Translations under genes and position numbers: made by a program
Assembly (NCBI GenBank): GCA_964187785.1
Contig: OZ076409.1
Span: 83,454,001 to 83,518,000 of the forward strand
Origin: Amphiscolops sp. MND2022
Taxonomy: Eukaryota
Direction of reading: 5' to 3'
DNA: 64,000 bases
Part shown: positions 13,158-24,092 of the stretch, one piece after another
How positions within the stretch are numbered: position 1 is the first letter of the stretch
Layout of the letters: the number at the start of each line of letters is the position of its first letter
Notes under the pieces: generated by a model
Databases searched by the model: none
What the model saw: only the letters and a program-made list of their open reading frames with translations
What the model was told of the DNA's origin: nothing

Positions 13158-13880
13158 TTGCAGCTGTTGAAAACTTAAAATTCGCTAAGCCAATGTTTTC
13201 TTCCAGAAAGCGCCTCTTGAGCGTAAACCAGCCAGTCATAAGCGCAGCAACCAATAAGCGTTTTTTGTGGAACCTAATTCACTGCTGACAATCAATTGTC
13301 GATTTAACAGGTTCCTCGGTTGTGGGCAAAGTTATTTTGCCTCTAGTTTCTTCATCTTGACTTTTAATTTCCTGTCCAATTTTGGACGTTTTAAACATCC
13401 CGAGCTATGAGATCATTTGCTGATATACTTATCGTGCTGGTTTCGGATACTGGATAGCCAACTCTGCATGAAAACCGGATTAAACTTGCTATCAGGTACA
13501 CCGCTAGTGTGAGCAATGCTCCAGTTTTTTAGTCGGCGCTTTTTGAAATAAAACGCAACTATTTTAGCGGTTTTCTGTCGCTTTTTTTCCAATCCAATCG
13601 AAATGACCCAAAAAGTTCTACAATAGGCTTAAAATAAGGAAGTTCTCTCTTATGGTTTTTTATTTCGTCAAGGTGCTTGAAGTTTTCATCTCAAAATAAC
13701 TCAACTTTTTCAAAATTTTTTGAGCTTGAAGGAGCCCCCTCTGGATAATTTTCGCACTGCGGGTGTTTCTGGGATTTTCCACGGTACCACGATAGAGTCT
13801 ATTAAAAACTAGAGATAGAGTCTATTGAGCCTCGAGCCTTCCGAGTTGAGGAATTCCTGTTGAGGTATTCGAATATTTAG

Positions 13881-14165
13881 TCAAAGTTTCGTGTAATGAC
13901 AAACTGAATATCTAGTGAAATCCGACGGAATATCGTTCAGTCCTGTTTCCGAGACCTCTGCCACATTTCCATCTCCGTCGGGATTTGGATACTTCCATAG
14001 GAGTTTACTAGCATCCACGACTTTTCCGTCGTTGTTCGTCCAGTTACCATTATCATCAATTCGTATTCCGACATGAAATCTCCTGCGCGGGTCTTCTGAT
14101 AACGCAGTTGTATTTAGGAGTTTTGTAAATTCTTGCATACATTTTTTCATAAGTTCCCAATTTTC
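13881..14165 (-). pseudogene. C-type lectin-like domain fragment (C-terminal half)
   Basis: FHVGIRIDDNGNW.NNDG...LLW..PNPDG...LNDIPS...YSVC fits the CTLD WIGL...W.DG...W...P...WND..C pattern. Confidence 0.6.
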
Positions 14166-14339
14166 AGCTATTCTTTTTCAAAAGATTTTGAACCTGTGTG
14201 GGATCAAATGCATCTTTCTGCTCCCAAACGTCTGGACTAGAACAAGTGAACAACCACTAGAACAAGAAAATGGCCGCCGCTCAACTCACTGTTTTCGTCT
14301 CATTGAGTTCTTTTAAAATAAAGGTTTATCGGGCATTTA

Positions 14340-14505
14340 TTTAATCAAAAACGCAAATTAAAAAGACCCTCGCTGACTTGTTAAGCCCAGATTTAGAGAT
14401 AAGAAAGTCTATCTGTGACTGTGATCCATCGAAGTCGTCGAAAAGTGTTGCGCCCAGTTTTTCGCAATTAGCTTTAGCTGCATTCCAGCTCTTTGCTTTT
14501 TTGAT
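14340..14505 (-). pseudogene. C-type lectin-like domain fragment (N-terminal half), not in the ORF track
   Basis: Manual translation AKSWNAAKANCEKLGATLFDDFDGSQSQIDFLIS matches the CTLD W..A...C...G..L motif; flanked by stops. Confidence 0.6.
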
Positions 14506-16787
14506 GCCTCTTCACGCAGGTTTGCAATAGCATTAGGTGCTTGTTTAGAATATGCCTTTAAAAATCGCATTGTAATGCAAGCATTCCTAGGATTAGATTC
14601 GTTTGTGTTTATGTACAATGATGTGATGGGTTAGAACTTGGCGTCTCATTAAGCATGTTTTCATCACTGACCTCCTAAAAGTTTTTATCTCTGAAATGCC
14701 CATCTTTGGGCGTTTTTTCAGTGTATTGGTACTAGTGGTTCGTATCTTGTTTCGAATTATCAAGCGCATGTCCATCATTAATATCTCCACAACTACACGT
14801 ACCATAGAAACGAACTATAGCGCATTTGAAAGGTCTGGTACTGGGCTTTCATTTTGGTCAGGTGAGCCCCTGTCGTCGCGCGCCCTCTCTTTCAGAATTT
14901 CAGTTTCTTTTTCGGTACTGCCGCCACGCGGCCATTCAGCAGTTCGGGGCTTGCAGTAATAACAAACAGGACATTATTGAGGTTTGTTGCACACGGACGT
15001 GTTGCGGAAGCGTATGTGGTATAATGCTTAGGCCTTTCAAATCAATCTAAGTACCAATTAATTGTTGAAAAAAAAACTGTGCTAGAGAATATGGGCTACT
15101 GGCAGAAGGAATCCGAAAGTGAAAAATAGGTAGGCTGCTTCAAAGTACCACTAGGGTCATTAGGGTTAATGACTCTCAACTTGTTTCTTGAAACCTTTCT
15201 TATTATAGGTTTTTATGAAATGCTGAAAAAGATATAAACTGCAATGGTGAACAAAAGGAGTAGCATATTCAACGATAGCCCAAGACGACACCTTTCAGTG
15301 CCAATTTCATTGCGGTCCTTAGTCATGAAAATTGAATGTTTTGAAAGACATTTGATGTTACTTTTATTCATTTTAGAGGCAAAAATAGAAAAGGTGTAAT
15401 TACCCCTGTGACGGTTTGCTCTTCTGGTATTCTGATTGCTTGGATTTGTCTGTTCAAGTGAGCTTCGAAAGTGATATTTTTAACATGGAAGGGTCCAGTG
15501 ATATACACTGGGAAACCACAAATATTTTTATAGCTCCTTTTTTCTTAGCTCCTTCGTACCTTGATCCCTTCGACTAGAGGTATTCAATTCTTACAAGGAG
15601 CTACGTGGAGTTATTTATTAACAGTTGAAGATATCAAGTAAGCTATTGTCTAGTATAAGTAGTAGGAAGCGTTTGCTATCGTGACTTGTCATTCAGTTCA
15701 TTTGTGTAACTTGCAATTTATCATTAGGTTATAATTCTTGGCCTAAAAAACTAGGCTTTGCACTACAATAGGGTAGAAAGTTTTTTTTTAATTTTTGGAA
15801 AATTTACTTGGAATGTTTCATGAATTGACAGTTGTAGAATATTAGCGAGCGGCGAAAGACCCATGGGTCTGCTGCCATGTGTCACTTGTCTAATCAAATT
15901 CAAGTTAGAAACTTTTCCCTTCCAACGGTATGATCCCTCTTGTACTTTTGATACTTTTTAAACGCTTCTCAAGCACTCTTGGCTCTGAAATTTGCAACCA
16001 TGCCTTATCCATTCAACTACCATCACGTCTCCAGAACCACTGCATGTTTTCCCACCGTGGAACCCCTCAAAACATTTCGGGGGCAAATGTCGTTGCCAGT
16101 AATTTAGCCTCTGAAGCTCCTCGAAAGGTTCCTCATTTATCCATTGACCGTCAACCCTCTTCCCGTTTATGCGACATAAGTTGAGAAATTCACCGTCGTC
16201 TTGTATACTTTTGGAAGTTCCTTGTTGATTTAGCATACATTTCGTTCGATATTATCTCGATAGACTCTACCAGTCCATCTCGCCTAGTTGGGCCTCTAGA
16301 ATTTTCTGATCTCATTTTCTTGAGATGAATTGCTTCTATTTATCAGCCACTCTGAGTCCCATAGCCTGGGCCATTTATAACAACCTCTTACTCTCTCTCT
16401 CTCTCTAGAGTTTGAAATTCCTTCTCCCAACAATATATCCATGTTACCGTAATCAGACATGTTATCCATTTCTCTAGACTTCTTTCTCTAGACCTCTAAT
16501 TGAAGCCATAGAAAAGGTTAAAATGACCTGACCGACTAACAGCCCCGTTAGGCTTTTCAATGGACAAGGACAGGGGTTGGTATTGAATGTAAAATATCAG
16601 TTAAGGTATATAGTTAGGTCACTAGCTAGCACAGTCACTCCAAAGGGGCATCATTTTAATGTATAATTCCAAGTACATGTTATTTTTCATCAACAAATTA
16701 TAGTAGACTAAATACCAACACCGACTAATTGAATATTTGGACTAGACCATTCCAGCTTTTTATCTATGTAGCATCGCAACAATGAAT

Positions 16788-17295
16788 AAACAAGACGGGA
16801 ACGTCCAAAGTCGGCGCCATATATAAGGCTCATAAAGCGCAAGACTTCTTTTGAAAGCAAAACTTGAAAATTTTGATTTTTTTCTTTCAGAAAATGTCGC
16901 ATAGTGCCAAAAAATGTAAAAGGGGGGACCCTTTGGGGTTTATTAACATATATTCTGTTGGAAAATATAAAAAAACTCGAAAGGGGGACTGTTTTGAGAC
17001 ATTGAAAAATTTTCGAAAAAAGTCGCACAATGCCGAAAAAAACCAAAGAGGGGACCCTTGAGGCACGTCCGGTTTTGTAGGTTACGTTAAAAAAGTAAAA
17101 AATAAAAGGGGGGGACCCTTTTGCACTAATTTCTGCTGACCGAACTTGGCCTTATGGTAGTAGTTTTAGTAGTTTCGATTGTAAGAAAAGTGGACCAATC
17201 AGAGTTAGATTGTAGTCTGACGAAAAAAAAAGGAATTAAAAAAAACTAGCCACTGTAATAGTCGGGCACTTTTCACTGGGAAAGCGCCGACTAAA
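16788..17295 (-). mobile_element. HINE-like family 1 copy
   Basis: AAACAAGACGGGAACGTCCAAAGTCGGCGCC ... AGTCGGGCACTTTTCACTGGGAAAGCGCCGACTAAA. Confidence 0.7.
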
Positions 17296-17850
17296 TAATG
17301 AATAAAGATCAAGCCGTCATTGACTACAATGCCACTGACAGCTACGCTAGCTATCCTGAACAGGCAGATATTTGACGGCGCCTGTCTGCCTGTGAGTATA
17401 GTTGTCTTATCAAATAATGATTGATGCATTTATACAAAAAATTTTACAGGTTTGAAAAAGCAAATTATACAACTGTTTTGAAAACTTTAGTTTGTAGTAA
17501 AGGAATGGTTCTGGGTAAGGCAGTGTGTCTTGCTTTGTCTATCGTGTTGGGGTCGCCATCACATGCGGCAGCCTGCGACAGATACAGCGCCAACGGTTGG
17601 AATAAAGCGAATTTTCGATCGAAACAAAAACAGCGAATTCGAGAAGTGTGTTATCATGATTCAAATTGAAAGAATCCGATTTTTGGCACTTGTTAGATGC
17701 GAACACTCGCTCTGTAGGACAATTTGGTTGCAGTTGTTCACGTTGAAAAGAATGGTTGTGTGACACCCTCGGAGCAAGAGCCGAACTTTGGGTACAGGTC
17801 TTTCAGACTTGGCAATAGATTATCGCTATACTTGCAATAAGTGGAAGTTA

Positions 17851-18240
17851 GTCAAAGTTTTGACTAACTTACACCATGTTTATATGCATTCAAAACTCAG
17901 TGTTCATTTTAATTCCAATTCATACCACAGCATCGTAAACCAGTCAAAGTAAACAATGATTCAATAAATAATTAGTTATTACTGAGCTCTACCGTGCATA
18001 GTACGTATAAACTGCATTCAATGCAAGTTGCACACGTGAACACGTGTGTTTCATCCACGCATTTACGTGCAAATAAAATACCTTGTAGCTTCTAATTAGT
18101 ACAATTGATTGATCTGTCAACAGGTTTCCTATTTTAACAAAACATAATTTCAAAGCAGCCCTCATTAATAGTTGCCTAACATTTATTTTGGTCCCTGTCG
18201 TGAGCACAGTCACCGGAATGATTGGATAACTTGTTATTTT
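17851..18240 (-). repeat. Inverted internal copy of the right arm (23405-23808) of the 12-kb TIR element
   Basis: Near-identical reverse complement, including GTGCTCACGACAGGGACCAAAAT. Confidence 0.85.
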
Positions 18241-20265
18241 GTGTTCATTATTTATCAAGTGTAGACGCACTACACGCGACCCTGGCTCTACAGTAAAACA
18301 ACAAGACGGGAACGTCTCGAATCGGTGCCCCGCTGAAAGCGCAGCAATGTATTTTTAAAATGCTCGGAGTCTGTGAAGTAGTCTCATTTCTGTAGCTGCT
18401 GTAATGAAAATAAGCCATTTTGTTGGTATTTTTAGCTGAACAGAAACTACCTTTTAGCGTTTTAAAAATATATAAAGCGTTTTAAAAATCGAAATTTATG
18501 TTGATACAGCAAATATTGATATGTTGTCAATGGTTCTCGAGCAAAAATTGTTGATCAGTCTTTCTAACGAAAACGCATCAAACATGTTCTGCATTATCAC
18601 TAATGAAACCTTTTCAACAAACGCTCACCCAAAAACTGAAGTCACCCAACTTTACTGTATTTCAACAGTAATGAAGATTCTATTGCATGCAACATCTCTA
18701 GATTTTTAAATCTTTATAGAGATGATATAATCCGGGACAGCTGAAAACGTAAACTATTCTCTAATAAGATTGCACCATTACATAAAACATCTCAACAAAC
18801 ATTAAAAATTAAGAACCCGAGCTCTCCAATCAAGACACAAAACCAGCTAAATTGAGAAGCTTTCAAACGAAGTAAACTTCCTAAGCAAAATGCGAGTTGC
18901 AAATGGAATTCTAAAACTTTTATAAGACTGATGTAAAACTGAGAAAACTTGGGAATACTGTTCTAAAAACAATCCAGGAACGGGCCAAGTTGGCACCCCG
19001 CTGAAGGCTCAGAAAAAGCGATACCATTTGAATGAGCTCGAGTTCAATCATTGAAAAAAAATGTTTGTCAATCTCACAGTGACAAAAGCACCTTATGGGC
19101 ACCCATGAGATTCGAAAAACACTTTTCATTAAATAAAGACATTTTGAAGTTGTCAAAAGTCGCAGTGCCAAAAAAACGAAAAAACCTTTGACCTAGTCTA
19201 ATTTTCCAAACAACAAAAATCTTTTAGTTCCGCTCGAGATTCAAAACCCACAACCAGATTCTAGGTTGCGAAGCAGGCAGCCTAACCACGAGGCTTGGCC
19301 GTAAAGAAAGCCTCACAATCAAGGAATTTTTATGGAATTATAAAATTTATAGAAAGTGGTCGCTACAGTTACAGCTAAAGAACAAACTTGCAACTATTTT
19401 GTGTAAGAATCTTGCATTTTCCAAAAAGCGCCTATTGAAAACGTTTAGTACCGCATACTTCAGTCTTTTCCTTCATTTCCAATATTTTTCTAGCGCAAAG
19501 TAGTTCGAGCAATTAAAGCAACGAGTGTCAGAGCAAACGCTGATTCCTTTATCCAGGCTCCTAATTTCAGCGTTAAACTGCAAGCTGAGTGACAATTTTT
19601 GCTAATTTCTAGTTTTGCATTTCGACTTAATAAAGGGTTAATTTTTGCTCCACAGATACTCCAAGCTTTTTCAACACACTCTGCAAGTAGTTAAGTAGTT
19701 CCAAAAGAAAACTCAAAATTGTCTGACCAGCAAGCTATTTCATTAGATTCCAGGACTAAACTAGTACAATTACAAATATTGAAAGTTCAATCCCTTACAA
19801 AATTTAGAAGTTCCAGGAGTTGAAAACTGAATGTATCTCTATCAGGTCAAAATCTCTTTTATGAGTGAAAATAGGAGTATTCTCTTAACCGCATTACTCA
19901 GAACCAGGGTTGTAACAAAAAACAGCTGCGCTTTTAAGCTTGACTCCAAATTAGTTCAAAATTAGTTTTGAACTGGAAGGAAAGTAGAATTCATTTCTCA
20001 AAGGAAAATTTCTGTCCAAATTTTGCTACTTCGTTTTTAGTATGTTATCGATTGTGTAAATCGACAAAAAGCGCCCCCATTCTATAGTCATAAGCGCCTC
20101 GCTAAGTTTTGAACTGCTTTCATCGTCTCTAATTAAATCTAATTGAAGATGTTCAAACAAAATAATTCACTGGTAATGCCATGTTTAACATTTTCACATT
20201 TAACGAATTCCAATTGAAATCGACTTGAATCGTTAATATTGGCAAATCTGTCAATAAAATGTAAA

Positions 20266-21836
20266 TTATTTTCCGTCCATATTTCATATGGGAAAGAAAA
20301 AAATGAATCAGCCGATTTTTTCCCCATAATTTTCCCCAAATGTTCGAAATTTATACCTAACTGAAGGGTTTTACCCATAGAATTCAACGTAAAAACCGTT
20401 CAACAAGTGAAACATTCGTTGTCCAGTAGTAGGCTCTTCGAAAGAGATAAATGCAATTTTTCAATTTAAAAAAGCTTCAAATCGACACCCGAAAAGCATA
20501 AAAACTTTTACAAACAAAAAACACAAACTTTTACAAATTTTAGCGATTTTATGCAATTTGTCAAACATTCCAAAAATTTGGTGAATTAAAACGTTTAAAC
20601 GAATTCGTTGTCCAATAGGCTTTTTGGGGATATAAAAGCAAATTCGTAACAGAAAATGGCAAAAAAGACCCAAAATAGTCGAAAAATTATTGTGAAAATA
20701 TGAAAAAGTTAGTGACATAGTGCAACAATTGAATTCGTTGTGGAGTAGGCTTTTTAATAGATGAATGCAGAAGTTTTCATTAAAAATATGCCTTAGTTTG
20801 ACACCAAAAAAGTAGAAAAATTGAAATTTTCTAAGCTTGAAAACATTCAAAGATGAAGAGACTAGCTATGCAGTGTTTTGTGGAGAGAGAGAGAGAGAGA
20901 GTTGCTGTTTTGCTTCAAATACATTTCAATGACTTCAATGAGTGGAGTAAAAATTATTTTCAACGTTTTTATGCAATTCTTGTGGAAAAATTTGAATCGT
21001 TTTGATCATAATCTGAAAAGGTGTTCAAAACAATAGCAGTCGACATCCACTTGTTTTTTTGAAGACATATTTGCAAATCGGTGTTTGAAAAGAAAACTCA
21101 AATGACCTAAAAATTGTCAAAACATCGAAATTTTCGTTTTCGACAATTTCAGTGATTGTTTGTGTAAAGCTTCTTGAGTTTAACGGTTTTAAAAGTACAG
21201 AATACTTATCAAAGTATTCAATACGCCTTCAAAAGGAAAACTTGATAGCTTTCTAGGTAGAACAATATCTCAATGGCCCCAATCCCAAATGTTTTTCGAA
21301 TTTCGTGTAATTTTAGAACTTTGCGAAATTTCGTATGCTAGAAGAATGAAAACTTTCAACAGCAAACAACTTCGTTGTACAGTAGGCTTTTTGGAACTGA
21401 ATCGCAGTCTCGCGCTAGAAAAGACACAAAATAATCTCATAAAATTTTTCCAATCTTATGGACACTTTCAAATATAAATAAGAGAAATTGTGTATTTGAG
21501 AAATTTCAAAAAGGTGTAAACGATATAATTGGGTGTGCATTAAATTTTCAAAAAACTGATTTTGCAGTTTTGTATGTAGAAAAGTACCTCAGAATGACCA
21601 TAAGTGATTGAAAAATCCAAAAGTTTTAGACGTTTTTTGCGAAGTTTGGTGAAATTTTTGAGCTACTTAATAGATTAGATTTTAGATTGGTGTAAAGATT
21701 CAATTTTTTCCTTTATAAAAATTTTTTCACTTGAAACTTCTTGACATTTTCATCGCTACTCTTGAGACTCGTAATTATGTCGTTGCTAGAACAGTTCGGA
21801 CGGAAAATATCCCGCTGGTCAGCGGGCGCCTTGTTT
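20266..21836 (+). mobile_element. Helentron-type non-autonomous element, family 2, with internal degenerate tandem repeats
   Basis: 5' TATTTTCCGTCC plus hairpin CCATAT..ATATGG; 3' subTIR GGACGGAAAATA (21798-21809), hairpin CCCGCTG-gt-CAGCGGG, then TTGTTT. Related ends at ~8875-8913 and ~24187-24224 (-) and 54072 (+). Confidence 0.7.
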
Positions 21837-23023
21837 CTTAAAGCAGCTATTAGTGAATACGCTGTTTTAAAATGGACACTTGTTTTATTCAACTGGAGTT
21901 AGGAACTGGAGTCAGCAAGTTGGCGGAGGAAAAGAATGAGCAACTTCCATGTAGCCTTTGATAGGGGCGCTTCTGACTGTGTATTTTGGGCGCCTTTGAC
22001 TAGGGCGCTTTTGTCTGGTAACTGTTATTGATGTATCCATGGAGCGTTCCTGTAAGTTATTATTCTAGTAAAGAGGTCATTTCTATTGATATCTATTCTC
22101 ATCAGAAACTACGGACTGCAAAACAAAATCAAACCTTCCATTCATACTGACAATGTTGAGTTTTGCATGTTTCGGTTAAATTCGACAGTATTATTACCGA
22201 AAGTAAAAATATTTTATATTGCTAAAACAATTTTGAACCAGTTTGATTCAACTGTCGCGGCATTTCAGATTCGAAATTTTAATTTGCGAAATTACTTCGG
22301 AAGAAATTCTAACAATGTTCCGGTGCCTCTTGCTTGGGGTTGATAAATTGCGCAATTTTACTGAGAGTGGTTTCTTTAGCGTTATCGCCTTCAATTCCTT
22401 TGGCCCATCGAGCGATGGTGTTTGAATTTCATATGACAGGCCACAAGTTGACCAACAGTGGATTAGCTGTTTACAGAAACATAGAAACCTTTTCATGCTT
22501 GAAACTATGTATGATTCACCCGCAATGCATTTCCATAAATTGGAACCGAAAAGGATTTTGTCAGCTAAACTCTCAGGATAATTATTCGTTTAAGAGTATT
22601 CTCCAAATCGATCCCAATTTCAACTTTTCTGGAATTTCTATTCTATTGCACACAACATTCTAACACGGCATAAATGTAAAAAAACTACAAAAAGTCTCTA
22701 AATTAACATGTGAATGAAGTTTTACAGAATTTACGGCTAGTATCGTCACCACAATAAATTTTTAAAAATGTAATCATAAGGTTAGCTATAAAAAGTTTGT
22801 TAGTTTTCAATGTTAATTTGTTCCATCATTTGATCAACGTGTATAATGTCTCCTCTGTCGTGCTGGGGTTCATGTAAAACAGTATAAGACCTAGTATCGT
22901 CGTTAATTTTTTCTCCAAACAACTGCTTCCACGAAAAGTTGATACTTCTGCATTATGGGAATAAAAATTCAACAGCTGACGTTTAAAATTTTTTCATGAT
23001 TTTATATCCAGATGTTACAATTT

Positions 23024-23311
23024 TCAGGTTTGGCTGATATCACAAATTGAACAGCGATTTCTGTTTATGACTGGACTGTTGCGCAATCGCCCGACAGGGC
23101 AATAATTTATCAAAACTTTTTGATCCCTTTCTGCGTTTGGGAACTTTGGAGCCCATAGTGATTCTGGGAAGACAACTTTCTCTTCTCGCAAATTCTCCCA
23201 TTTTGAAGTAGAACTGGAGCCCTGTGGCTTTTTAATACCGAGCCAGCTTCGCTCGCAATTAGGTATTTTCTCACAAAGCAGCTTCAACTGAATGTTACTA
23301 AGGTTGTACAA
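23024..23311 (-). pseudogene. C-type lectin-like domain, N-terminally truncated
   Basis: RSWLGIKK...KWENL...LWAPKFPN...LRN....CSICD; the ORF starts at the junction with the TIR element's right arm. Confidence 0.6.
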
Positions 23312-24092
23312 CCGTTAGACTATTTGTTACAACTTTTCTTGATGTGCTCACGACAGGGATCAAAATAGATCCTTGCCAATACCCTGGCTCAAAATACCCA
23401 GACCAAAATAACAAGTTATCCAATCATTCCGGTGACTGTGCTCACGACAGGGACCAAAATTAAAATTAGTTAGGCAACTCAGGCTATTAATGAGGACTGC
23501 TTTGAAATTATGTTTTGTTAAAATAGGAAACCTGTTGACAGATCAATCAATTGTACTAATTAGAAGCTACAAGGTATTTTATTTGCACGTAAATGCGTGG
23601 ATGAAACACACGTGTTCACGTGTGCAACTTGCATGGAATGCAGTTTATACGTACTATGCACGGTAGAGCTCAGTAATGATAACTAATTATTTATTGAATC
23701 ATTGTTTACTTTGACTGGTTTATGATGCTGTGGTATGAATTAGAATTAAAATGAACACTGAGTTTTGAATGCATATAAACATGGTGTAAGTTAGTCAAAA
23801 CTTTGACCACATTCCACTTTTCGGAAGTATAGGAGTCCCTCAATTTGCAAAAAGTGGAAGTTAGTCAACGTTTTGACTGACTTACGAAAAAGAGTATTTT
23901 TGGACTAACTTCCGCTTTTTTCTAATTACGTGTTTTGACTAACTTACACAATTTTCCATTACGCGCGTTGATTTTGCTACACCGTTGAAGCATAGACCGT
24001 CTTGACTAACTTACGCTGAATGACCATTTTACCATTTTACTCAGATTACGCAGCTTGACTGACAGCAGCTTACCGGTACGTGTATCGTAATG

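Larger units (their letters stand above)
11845..24092. mobile_element. 12.25-kb non-autonomous TIR element (CACTA/EnSpm-like) with cargo
   Basis: 22-bp TIRs CATTACGATACAC(A/G)T(G/A)CCGGTA (20/22 match). 2-bp TSD AT, with the empty site visible at ~8781 in the duplicate copy. Clustered TTGACTAACTTAC-like subterminal repeats at both ends. No transposase recognised. Confidence 0.8.

Noticed and set aside
9244..13178. Many 60-97 aa ORFs (and their duplicates at 25.0-26.8 kb)
   Set aside because: They fall inside non-coding repeats; recurrence is explained by the segmental duplication.
15958..16236. Fourth C-type lectin fragment
   Set aside because: NGKRVDGQW and a few Cys/Trp are suggestive, but the pattern is too degenerate to call.
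16385..16410. (CT)n and (GA)n microsatellites (also ~20883-20901)
   Set aside because: Ordinary short simple repeats.
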